A DNA stretch of 64,000 nt from Candidatus Heimdallarchaeota archaeon. GTDB taxonomy: Archaea; Asgardarchaeota; Heimdallarchaeia; JABLTI01. The translations under genes were made by a program, and so were the position numbers. Under the pieces are notes generated by a model. That model saw nothing but the letters and a program-made list of their open reading frames with translations. It was not told where the DNA came from and searched no databases. Each line of letters begins with the position of its first letter. The stretch's first letter is position 1. Location of the stretch: contig DXJV01000029.1 of NCBI GenBank assembly GCA_019056785.1, positions 64,001 to 128,000 on the forward strand, written 5' to 3'. Shown here piece by piece: positions 1 to 8,685 of the stretch.

Positions 1-241
1 TTAATTTCGTCAATAAGGTTCTGAATTTGAGAAAAAACCTTCGGTTGAGAAGAAGAAGGAGTTTGCTCTACTTCCTTTTCTTCCGGAAACAAAACTTTTT
101 TCTCAGGCATGTTCTAACACTCGTGATTTTTTTTATGGTGGAGGTCGGCCTACTCTTGAACTTTTTTACCATCAACTAACATTTTACCGCTAAAAAAGAT
201 TTTTAGGATGTGGATTTTTCAAAAAAAGAAAAAAAGGTGGA

Positions 242-661
242 TTAACGCGCGGTTTTGTTGTTTGCACCCTCTACCGAGAGACGGTAAATGAAGCAATAAA
301 TTCCCCCAACAGTTAGCAACAAACCCACTAATGTATATGAACCAATTCCAAGAAAGATCATAATGATTCCTGTAATTGCCACATCAATTTTCGTCAATAA
401 ATTGTAAAATGGTTTAAAGAATAATTTCAAGCCGGAGAAAAAGGCAAGAAGACCGATGACAATATTAAGTGCCATACCAATATAGTGGAGGTTGGGGGTA
501 AGAAAGGTAAAGAAACCAAAACCATCTAGGAATGGCATTAAAGGATTCGTAGCACTAAATGCATAAATAAATGCGCCTAAAATGGAATTTACTACTAAGA
601 GAATTCCACCGAAAAATAAAAAGAAAAACGCCCATTCTTCAGTTTTTTTCAATTCTAACAT
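242..661 (-). CDS. Small membrane protein, about 4 TM, unknown function
   Basis: 139-aa ORF made mostly of hydrophobic helices; no recognisable motif. Confidence 0.7.
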   Translation of the reverse strand: MLELKKTEEWAFFFLFFGGILLVVNSILGAFIYAFSATNPLMPFLDGFGFFTFLTPNLHYIGMALNIVIGLLAFFSGLKLFFKPFYNLLTKIDVAITGIIMIFLGIGSYTLVGLLLTVGGIYCFIYRLSVEGANNKTAR

Positions 662-762
662 TAGTATTCCTCAATGCTCAATTATTTTCTGACCTTCTAT
701 GTTAAGCAATTAAGCGGTTATTAGTTAATAAGATTTTCCAGCAGTAGAGTACAAAAGACAAT

Positions 763-1932
763 TCAAGAAGGAGAATAGCTCTCCACTAAGGCAGCTAAAA
801 TAGTTTTTGCCGCAATTTCCAGGTCTTTCTTTGGAACAAACTCATTTGCTTGATGTAAAACCGCAGGATCACCAGCACCAAAAATAACAAATGGTATGGT
901 TTTTGGTGGGAGTAAAGCGGCAGCATCTGTAGCATAAGTAAGGCCTATGAAGGATTTTTGATTATTTGTTAGCTTCGTTGCCCATTTGAGCATTTGCTGA
1001 ACCAAAACGTCATTTTTATTTGTACTCAAAGCAGGAACCACATGAGTAAAAGTCAAGGAAACATTGAAAGGCTCATTACTCGAGAGCACATCAACAAGTG
1101 AGTACAAATCTGCTTTAAAAGTAGAAATATCTATCTCAGGAATGAGTCGGAAGTCACACTCAAAAGAACATCTCTCTGGAACAATATTAATTTTCGATCC
1201 TCCAGCTATTACGCCTACATTCAAAGTTGTTTTCCTCAAGAGCTCATTTTCAACCTGGGGTAGAGAATCTCTGAAGCCAGTAATGACTTTACACGCACCA
1301 TAGATGGCATTCACTCCTTTTTCAGGCATGCTCCCGTGGGCAGCCTTTCCCTTTACATCTACCCGCACCCACAACGGGCCTTTCTCAGCAATACCAACAT
1401 GCAAATTTGTTGCTTCGGTTATCACAAGGCAGGCGGCATTGTCCATATAGCCTTCTTTATTGATTTGAAATGCACCTTTCATTCCGACTTCTTCGTCAGC
1501 GGTCCCAATAAATAGTACTTTATACTCTAAAGGGAGGTCAGCATCGTAAAGAGCTGCCATAACTGCAATAAGAGTTGCCACACCACCTTTCATATCCACT
1601 GTCCCTCGACCATAATAGCGCCCATTTCTTTCTGTGAAAGAAAGAGGTGGATATTTCCATTTGGATTCATCCCCAACCGGCACAGTATCAAGATGCCCAC
1701 TTAGAACGAGGGAGCGGGGCCCAGTGCCAAAAGACAAGAGAACATTTTGTCGTTCGTTATCAAGAGGGACAATTTTTGTTTCAAGACCAAGACTCTTTCC
1801 CTCCTCAGCCAAGAACTTCGCAATGTGTTTCGTCCGCCCGGGGGGATTTTGGCTATCCATTTCTACTAATGTTTTCGTTAACTCTTTGATAAGAGTAGGA
1901 TCTACCTTTCTGAGAATAGAATCTATGTTCAT
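763..1932 (-). CDS. M20 family metallo-amidohydrolase (ArgE/DapE-like)
   Basis: GHLDTVP, GRGTVDMKGG, ADEE, AHGS and C-terminal HQANE motifs. Confidence 0.92.
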   Translation of the reverse strand: MNIDSILRKVDPTLIKELTKTLVEMDSQNPPGRTKHIAKFLAEEGKSLGLETKIVPLDNERQNVLLSFGTGPRSLVLSGHLDTVPVGDESKWKYPPLSFTERNGRYYGRGTVDMKGGVATLIAVMAALYDADLPLEYKVLFIGTADEEVGMKGAFQINKEGYMDNAACLVITEATNLHVGIAEKGPLWVRVDVKGKAAHGSMPEKGVNAIYGACKVITGFRDSLPQVENELLRKTTLNVGVIAGGSKINIVPERCSFECDFRLIPEIDISTFKADLYSLVDVLSSNEPFNVSLTFTHVVPALSTNKNDVLVQQMLKWATKLTNNQKSFIGLTYATDAAALLPPKTIPFVIFGAGDPAVLHQANEFVPKKDLEIAAKTILAALVESYSPS

Positions 1933-1987
1933 ATCACATCCCTCAACCTACTTGGAGTTAAAAGAATAAAAAAGTAATCATCAGCTG

Positions 1988-3052
1988 TTAAACTATTGGA
2001 AAGGATTTATTGTAGGTGTCAAGCAATGCTTTGTAGATGTTTTTCTCTTCAAGAGATTCCCAGATCTCTCCGAAGGTTTTGATATAAGGTTTTATTTGGG
2101 GTGTAGCATACGGATCAGGGTCATTATCTTTTAACCGGAATTGTTCAAATAGGTTGTGTTTGAGATAGCTACACGCCGCATCAACGATTAGCGATAATCG
2201 TTCAATATTTCCCAAAGCAATGGGTTTAACGATTTCATTGTTGAATATATTAGTATTAAGTAAAAATGCACGGCCAACTTCATGGATAATTATTTTGTAA
2301 TTTTCCAGATCCTCGCGCTCGTTGGCGATCATTATTTTTTCTGCCAACAAATTTGTTGCAATGGTTGTTGTTGGTTCGACAAGATAAACAACAAACTCCT
2401 GATAGGGAAAATCGAGTTTCAAAATTTTTTTCCAAGCATTTACAATGTTAAGAGGTTTTATTATCTGATTCAGCTGTTGTTGGTGTTGCTCTAAGCGGGG
2501 CAGTAAATCGTCAAACCAATACTTTTGATAGAAATTAGCCCAAACAATTTGTAATGCGTTTTTCATAAAGTCAAAAGTTTCGAGAATGATTTCATAATTC
2601 TCATGTAATTTTTGAAAGTGGCTTTCAAAGATGCTTTGTGGTGCATAAATTAGAAGATCATCAAAAACACTCCCATAGGTTATCATTAAAGTTTCAAATG
2701 ACCCTTCCTTTATAGCCGCACCAATATTATCAAAATTCTGGAGCAACATCTCCAAATCTTCAGCAGGAATATAACTTGGAATTTGGAATAAAACCTCATA
2801 GAGTTCAGCGCTACAACCTAAAGTCAAGCATTTCTTTGCATGCTTCTCCCAAAGAACATACTCTTCCTCTGTAAGAGTAAAATGATGTTTTAGCCCATAA
2901 TTAGAATGAAAAAATGAGCCATCTATTTCTAAACAAGAAAAGACATGCATTAAAATGTTTGGCGTTAAACTTGAAGAGACGATAACTTCCTGAGGCACTG
3001 TTCTCCACTTCACAAAACAAATTTGTATGACTAAACTTATAGTCATTGGCAA
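1988..3052 (-). CDS. Hypothetical protein, possible degenerate zincin (HExxH-like)
   Basis: 354-aa ORF with IIIHEVGRA, where Arg replaces the second His; start codon uncertain. Confidence 0.55.
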   Translation of the reverse strand: MPMTISLVIQICFVKWRTVPQEVIVSSSLTPNILMHVFSCLEIDGSFFHSNYGLKHHFTLTEEEYVLWEKHAKKCLTLGCSAELYEVLFQIPSYIPAEDLEMLLQNFDNIGAAIKEGSFETLMITYGSVFDDLLIYAPQSIFESHFQKLHENYEIILETFDFMKNALQIVWANFYQKYWFDDLLPRLEQHQQQLNQIIKPLNIVNAWKKILKLDFPYQEFVVYLVEPTTTIATNLLAEKIMIANEREDLENYKIIIHEVGRAFLLNTNIFNNEIVKPIALGNIERLSLIVDAACSYLKHNLFEQFRLKDNDPDPYATPQIKPYIKTFGEIWESLEEKNIYKALLDTYNKSFPIV

Positions 3053-3091
3053 ATAAAGAGTTTATGCTTTTATTCAAAAAAAAGGAACTCT

Positions 3092-3397
3092 TCACGCTTT
3101 TTCACTTACAGTTGTATAACTTAAAATCTCGTTCGTTTCGATACTCACTAAAGCAATTTTCGCATCATTGGATAAAAGGCGGAGATGGTTTTGAATGCAT
3201 TTTCCATGAACATGCTTTTTTTCTGTGAGGTCTTCATTAACAAAAATAATCATACAATCTTCTGCTTCTTTGAAACTAAAACCACATAAATAACACTGTT
3301 CCTTTTCTTCCGGCTTTTCAATAATAGGCGCTTTTTGTTCGCTCACAAGTAAGCCAAAGATTTTTTGAGATGACATTTTTGCAATTATAAACTCCAT
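3092..3397 (-). CDS. Small zinc-finger protein
   Basis: CYLC...C...HVHGKC (CxxC/HxxC ligand pattern). Confidence 0.65.
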   Translation of the reverse strand: MEFIIAKMSSQKIFGLLVSEQKAPIIEKPEEKEQCYLCGFSFKEAEDCMIIFVNEDLTEKKHVHGKCIQNHLRLLSNDAKIALVSIETNEILSYTTVSEKA

Positions 3398-3561
3398 TAA
3401 ATTCTATGATCAAAGATTTAAAAGTATAAATCTCGTAAATAATTACTAATAAAAATCAAATATAAGCATTCCCAATTAGGAAACAATAGAAAAAAAATGA
3501 GAATAAAACTAGAATGATTAATATTCGTAATTGAATAGATAAGTTATAAAAATCGATCAGA

Positions 3562-3972
3562 GTGGTAGATGCTATGACTATAAGTACAATCGAGCTCCCA
3601 TTACTTCTTAAAAACCTCAAGAAAGTATTTGGTGAGAAAATTCACGGCCCAGTTAATTCTAATGTTCGAGAATACCAATTAGTTTGCGAACCAGAACATC
3701 TTCACCAAATAGCTAACTTTCTACTTGTTCGAGGTGTAAAGAAACTTGTCGCAATCAACGCCTGGCGAGAGAATCAACAGAAAGTTAAACTCGCCTATTA
3801 TTTCATTGCAAAAATTGGCCCAGATGGTTTGGATTCAAAAATTGCTGTAATTGTTGTTTTGGATCCAGATAAAAAAACACTCGAGTCCCTCACCGATTTA
3901 TTTGTAAACGCCAGAATTTTCGAGAGTGAGATTAGTTCTAAACTCGATCTAAAGTTTCAAATAACTAAATAA
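3562..3972 (+). CDS. Orphan NuoC/MbhK-like (complex I 30-kDa subunit fold) protein
   Basis: LHQIANFL...LVAINA...LAYYF...LESLTDLFVNARIFESEI matches the NuoC pattern; the ERE/GHP tail is lost. Confidence 0.7.
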   Translation: MVDAMTISTIELPLLLKNLKKVFGEKIHGPVNSNVREYQLVCEPEHLHQIANFLLVRGVKKLVAINAWRENQQKVKLAYYFIAKIGPDGLDSKIAVIVVLDPDKKTLESLTDLFVNARIFESEISSKLDLKFQITK

Positions 3973-4133
3973 AATCTCTGTTTTCAAAATAAATTCTACC
4001 TAAAATTGAGAAAGAAAAGTCGCTTTTATACTGCCTTTTGAGTAACATAAATTAATGACTTTTGTCTTTATGTTAATAGATATTATATTAAACAATATAT
4101 TTCTAACAAACAAACCAAAAAGGTTGGTTACTC

Positions 4134-6512
4134 TTGTCTAATGAAAAAAATGAAGAAGTCGAAAAAACAAATTCAGAAGAAAATTTGACAGAAGAACCAG
4201 TAGAAGCAAAAGAAGCAAAAGAACCAAAAGAAGAAGAGATTGAAACAGAAGAAACCAAAGAGGAACTAGAGATACCAGAGATACCACTAGAGGAAAGTTC
4301 AGAAGAAGAGATAATTGAAGTAGCAACACCAACAGAAGAACCCGAGGTAGAAGAACTCCCAAAAGAAGAATACAGCTTTGAAGCAAAGAAAGCTAAACCT
4401 GTCAAAAAGAAGAAGAAAAAAGGGCCGCCATTTCTACTCAGCACTCTCATTGGTTTAGGCGTGGCCTTATTAATTGAGGTGCTATTCTCCATACCACTTT
4501 GGGTTGGAGGTGTTGGCAGACCAGACCTGTTTTATATAGAACTCGTACTTGTACTTATAGCGATGAGCATCCCCGGATTGTTTACCCGAAGCCTTCAAAA
4601 AGGGATCCTTGGGGCGTTCATGATTTTCATTGTAGCATTTGCTGTTCCATTACTACTCACAGTGCTTGGCTTAAAAGCCATTCTCAGTCCCCTCACACCG
4701 CTTTTTGCAAGCACTGACTTTTCGCTTGATGCATTTCAGATATTCAAATCGCTTTTCCCTGCATTAGAAAATTTGCCAATAGCACAAATCCAAAAATGGA
4801 TCTGGATAGTCGACCTTGTGCTAATGTTCATCCTGACAATCTTTGTTGTGGTGATTATAACAGCTTTGATCAAAAGCATCACCAAGAAAAAGAAGAAAGT
4901 TGGGACATGGATTGCTATTCCATTGCTAAGTATTGGCTTGATTATTTTTGCAGTGTTCACACCAATTATCTTCTCTTCAACATATGGTATTATTCAAGCA
5001 AGTACATCATTTCTAGCCGGTGCCACAAAAATGCAGGAAGCCTATGGCGTCTTTGAGGGAACAGGTTCCACGCCAAGCACCCAGGCAATGGAATGGATGC
5101 AAAACAATTTATCAGAAGCCAATTATTGGTTAAATATTTCTCGAGTCAATTATAAAGGATTACAAAATATTGGACTAATTAGAATTGCCGTTCTGGTCTC
5201 AGGACAATATGGACCGTTAATAGAAGCAGGCGATCAGCTGGCCTTAGCAACAATGGCAATGACTGGCATTTTACTGCCACTTTTTACCGGGATTTATGAT
5301 TTAACTCAAAGTTTAGAAAATGCCACGAATGACATGGCGAATTTCGGTTCCTCCTCGAGTGCAACGAGTGCAAAAAATGTTCTCACCCAACTTTCAACTA
5401 AAAGTTTAGAAGATATAGACCAACTGAAAGAGGACATTATTCGCGCTATTGAAGGGCTTGATAAGGCTGAAAATGCCCTCAATATTATTCAGCAACGAAT
5501 TGCCCAACAAGATATACAAGGATCTTTTGATGAAGTTAAAGCAAAGTTAGAGAGCATTAATATTGCCGAACTTCCAGCCAAGGTGGGCGATATCATAAAC
5601 GAGATTCGAGTTCGTTTAGACCAATTCGACGGGCAATTAGAAGGATTTGTAAATTTCATAAGTTATACAGCTGATAACTTGGAACCAACAAAGAAAATCC
5701 TCTGGGCGTCTTATAATACTATTGTGGGAAATGAATATTTAAAACTCAGACGATTTAAGAATGCTGCAGATGCCTTTACCTATGCTTACCAAAATATTTC
5801 AGCAATAAGTGGTATTGCCACATACACACCAACCGGCAATCTTACAAACATTTTTGCAGCAGCTATAACGGAAGATTTCACCTTCCTGTTAAATGACCTT
5901 ATAGGGATAATGTCACCACTCTTACAAGAAGAGATTGCATTCGCACAAACCTACGATGAAATAACAAAAATTATGCGGGCCTTTGCAGCTGAAGCGGATA
6001 TCTCTCAAGTTGATTACTCGTCTCTAAGTACACCACTTGCAACAGCAAACAGCACAGATGTCTATGGTGCAATAGCACAAAGTGCTCTCGATGCTTTCAG
6101 AACCAAACTTCAAAATACAACCTTTGGCTCGATGTTCAACAACATCGGCACACGTTTTGATAAGATTCTCACCGATGACTTTAGACCGCTCGAATTTGGG
6201 ATCATGACGAAGTTCATGGGGACAATTGTTGCATATTATTTAACCAGCTGCGAAAGCTATGCTAACCAATATTTCACAGAAGCAATTAACAACATAACAA
6301 TCGCCGATAATATTATGACAAACGATCTTTTACCCATTCTCAACGTCAATGATCCTCGCTATCTTCAAGACTATTATAATAATTGGTCTCTTGCTCTTGG
6401 AGAACTTAAGATAAAAATGGAGACATACAACACTCCCGCAAACTATAGCAATGGGCTTACTGCAATACAGGATACAATTCTAGTCCTTTATGCAAATGTT
6501 GAAGAAAAATAA
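4134..6512 (+). CDS. Large membrane protein: acidic N-terminus, poly-Lys patch, 5-6 TM, large helical C-terminal domain
   Basis: 792-aa ORF; Glu-rich residues 1-80, KKKKKK, hydrophobic helices to about residue 285, then amphipathic helices. Confidence 0.8.
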   Translation: MSNEKNEEVEKTNSEENLTEEPVEAKEAKEPKEEEIETEETKEELEIPEIPLEESSEEEIIEVATPTEEPEVEELPKEEYSFEAKKAKPVKKKKKKGPPFLLSTLIGLGVALLIEVLFSIPLWVGGVGRPDLFYIELVLVLIAMSIPGLFTRSLQKGILGAFMIFIVAFAVPLLLTVLGLKAILSPLTPLFASTDFSLDAFQIFKSLFPALENLPIAQIQKWIWIVDLVLMFILTIFVVVIITALIKSITKKKKKVGTWIAIPLLSIGLIIFAVFTPIIFSSTYGIIQASTSFLAGATKMQEAYGVFEGTGSTPSTQAMEWMQNNLSEANYWLNISRVNYKGLQNIGLIRIAVLVSGQYGPLIEAGDQLALATMAMTGILLPLFTGIYDLTQSLENATNDMANFGSSSSATSAKNVLTQLSTKSLEDIDQLKEDIIRAIEGLDKAENALNIIQQRIAQQDIQGSFDEVKAKLESINIAELPAKVGDIINEIRVRLDQFDGQLEGFVNFISYTADNLEPTKKILWASYNTIVGNEYLKLRRFKNAADAFTYAYQNISAISGIATYTPTGNLTNIFAAAITEDFTFLLNDLIGIMSPLLQEEIAFAQTYDEITKIMRAFAAEADISQVDYSSLSTPLATANSTDVYGAIAQSALDAFRTKLQNTTFGSMFNNIGTRFDKILTDDFRPLEFGIMTKFMGTIVAYYLTSCESYANQYFTEAINNITIADNIMTNDLLPILNVNDPRYLQDYYNNWSLALGELKIKMETYNTPANYSNGLTAIQDTILVLYANVEEK

Positions 6513-6524
6513 AGAAGATATTAC

Positions 6525-6543
6525 TCTTCTTTTCTTTTTTTTT
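6525..6543 (+). terminator. Oligo-T tract, probable archaeal intrinsic terminator
   Basis: tcttcttttcttttttttt just after the stop at 6512, between convergent genes. Confidence 0.5.
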
Positions 6544-6561
6544 ATACAAGCTTTTTTAGTC

Positions 6562-7380
6562 TTAATCAGTTTCTTCTGCTTCTAGTTCTGTTATGGGGTA
6601 GAAATAGCGCCGCTCTTTAAGGTAACCACCTAAGAGCCCTCCAGTAAATGCCATTATCGAAAACAACAAGAAAAAGAGTATGGAATTGAAGACTAATTCT
6701 GTTAGAGTTTCCCATTCTCTTGAAAAGAATGCCACAAATAAGACAAAAATCAATATCACTGACACAAAGGAAGCTATTATACCGAATTTCCTTTCTCCGG
6801 CAATCAGTCCGCCTACAAAACCGGCAATAATAAATCCAATCAACAGGATAATTAAACCAACAATATTACCGCCATTGGGGATAGCGGATTTAATGATGCC
6901 AATGAGGAAGTAATAGGCAATAAAAAAGAGGCCAATAGTTACCATAGAGGTTATTGCTCCTGAGAGCGTTGAAATCACTGTGCGAGCAGCAACTGTTCCC
7001 TTGAGTCGTTCAACAAGAACCTCATCAAATGTTCTAAAGGGAGAAACATCTGTTGTGGAATCCTTCAAGATGTCCTCGTATTTTTGTCTAAACATCTTCA
7101 GAATGTCAAGAAGAGTTTTGTTTATAAGAGGTTCGTAGTCCTTGGAATGGCAAATGGCAGCAATAATGAATCGGTCATCTGTTTTATAAGCGAGCTTTCT
7201 ATCAAGTCCTTCAATAGCTGAAATATCAACTAACCCCGCTTCACTTGAGAAATTACGAAAAGCAAGCAAGAGACCAGAAACGAGTTGTTCATCAATGGTT
7301 TTTTCTTTAGACTCGTGATACCAATCATAAATACAAATGCCACTATTTAAATCGATGATCCATACATTTTCAATTGCCAA
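6562..7380 (-). CDS. Longin-like domain fused to about 4 TM helices
   Basis: N-terminal VWIIDLNSGICIY...DEQLVSGLLLAFRNFSSE...ILKMFRQKY...FRTFDE is the typical Asgard longin-like pattern; C-terminal half is hydrophobic. Confidence 0.75.
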   Translation of the reverse strand: MAIENVWIIDLNSGICIYDWYHESKEKTIDEQLVSGLLLAFRNFSSEAGLVDISAIEGLDRKLAYKTDDRFIIAAICHSKDYEPLINKTLLDILKMFRQKYEDILKDSTTDVSPFRTFDEVLVERLKGTVAARTVISTLSGAITSMVTIGLFFIAYYFLIGIIKSAIPNGGNIVGLIILLIGFIIAGFVGGLIAGERKFGIIASFVSVILIFVLFVAFFSREWETLTELVFNSILFFLLFSIMAFTGGLLGGYLKERRYFYPITELEAEETD

Positions 7381-7594
7381 AAACTTTCAACCACACATTG
7401 AAATTTATATAACTATTTATAGGTTATTGGCTTTATTTTCTTTTTGGATAAGAACTCTCCTTGAAGATAAGCAGATTGGAGGAGCGCCCAGAGATTCCGA
7501 CAAAAACTCTGAAAAGGAAATTACCTCAAACGCAAGCTTATTAATGCGCGAATGAATAGTTCATACAATAAAAAATTGCAGGAGATCACACCCT

Positions 7595-8008
7595 ATGGAA
7601 TTAATCGAATGTACTAAAGTACATATACAAGATGCTTTGAATTCACCAATCCTCCCACAAAATGTTAAGAACGATTTAAAAGATTCCGGAGAAACCTTTC
7701 TTTCAGTTTATAGTAAAAAAAGCAAGTCACTTCGATTTTTCCCCATTAAGGACGAAAATATTTATTGGCTTAAAATTGCGATTGATAGTTTTAACCCTGA
7801 AATAAGCGGGAAAATCCTCGCAAAATTAAGTAGCCTTATCTCTCAATTTGTTTATTCAACAGGTGTCTGTGTTTCGAAAAGTGAATGCTTTTGGGATGGA
7901 ATTATTCTCGAGTCAGCATTTAAGAATTCAAAAGAAAATCTCATCAAAACGCTTGAAGAAATACCCAATGTCATCAATGTCACATTAAAACCGGTCGCCA
8001 AAGAATAA
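7595..8008 (+). CDS. Putative AbrB-like plus ACT-domain regulator
   Basis: N-terminal ILPQNVKNDL...LRFFP followed by an ACT-like pattern (GKILAKLS...LEEIPNVINV). Confidence 0.5.
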   Translation: MELIECTKVHIQDALNSPILPQNVKNDLKDSGETFLSVYSKKSKSLRFFPIKDENIYWLKIAIDSFNPEISGKILAKLSSLISQFVYSTGVCVSKSECFWDGIILESAFKNSKENLIKTLEEIPNVINVTLKPVAKE

Positions 8009-8064
8009 AAAGAAGAAAAAAGGTCTGTAATACGACCTAGTTATTTTATTGCTTTTTTTCGCAA

Positions 8065-8496
8065 CTAAATGTCCATTTCTTTAATTCTATTTACCAAGAA
8101 ACGATTCATGACAATCCAATATTCAACTTCAGCTGTTTTACCTGCATCTATTATCTCGTGAAGCTTTGCAAGGTGATTTGGGTCAGTCGGTTTCGGAATA
8201 GAAAGTGTCTCGTACGTTTCATTATCCATTACTGACATTTCCTCACCTTCTAAGGAAATTACTTGTGCGTTGCGTTTGTCAATTATTGGTACTTGAACTT
8301 TTGCAGTAGAAGGCATAACTGGTGATCGCTTCTTTTTATCAAAAAGACCAATAACTTCCATTCTTATTTTCGCATGACCATGTTTGCCGGTTTTTGAGTG
8401 GCTCAAATCTAGGACCTGACATGGTTCTCCATCAACAAGTATATAACTTCCTCTTTTGATTGAATTTGCATCAGCCGGTCGTGTTGACATTTTCAT
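8065..8496 (-). CDS. eif5a: Translation factor aIF5A
   Basis: Hypusine-site motif SKTGKHGHAK; PIIDKRNAQVIS. Confidence 0.97.
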   Translation of the reverse strand: MKMSTRPADANSIKRGSYILVDGEPCQVLDLSHSKTGKHGHAKIRMEVIGLFDKKKRSPVMPSTAKVQVPIIDKRNAQVISLEGEEMSVMDNETYETLSIPKPTDPNHLAKLHEIIDAGKTAEVEYWIVMNRFLVNRIKEMDI

Positions 8497-8685
8497 TCAC
8501 TTTTTTAATTAATATAGTTTGACTTACGAACTTCAGCATTAAAGTTTTTTGTTCTTTTTTACCTTTTCTTCTGAACAAAATAATGCGTAAATTCTGTTTT
8601 CAAGCCTTCAAAAGAACTTTTATTTTTAAGGATAAATATATAACATTTAAATTGATTTATAAAGTGTTAACAAAAGGATTAGAAA

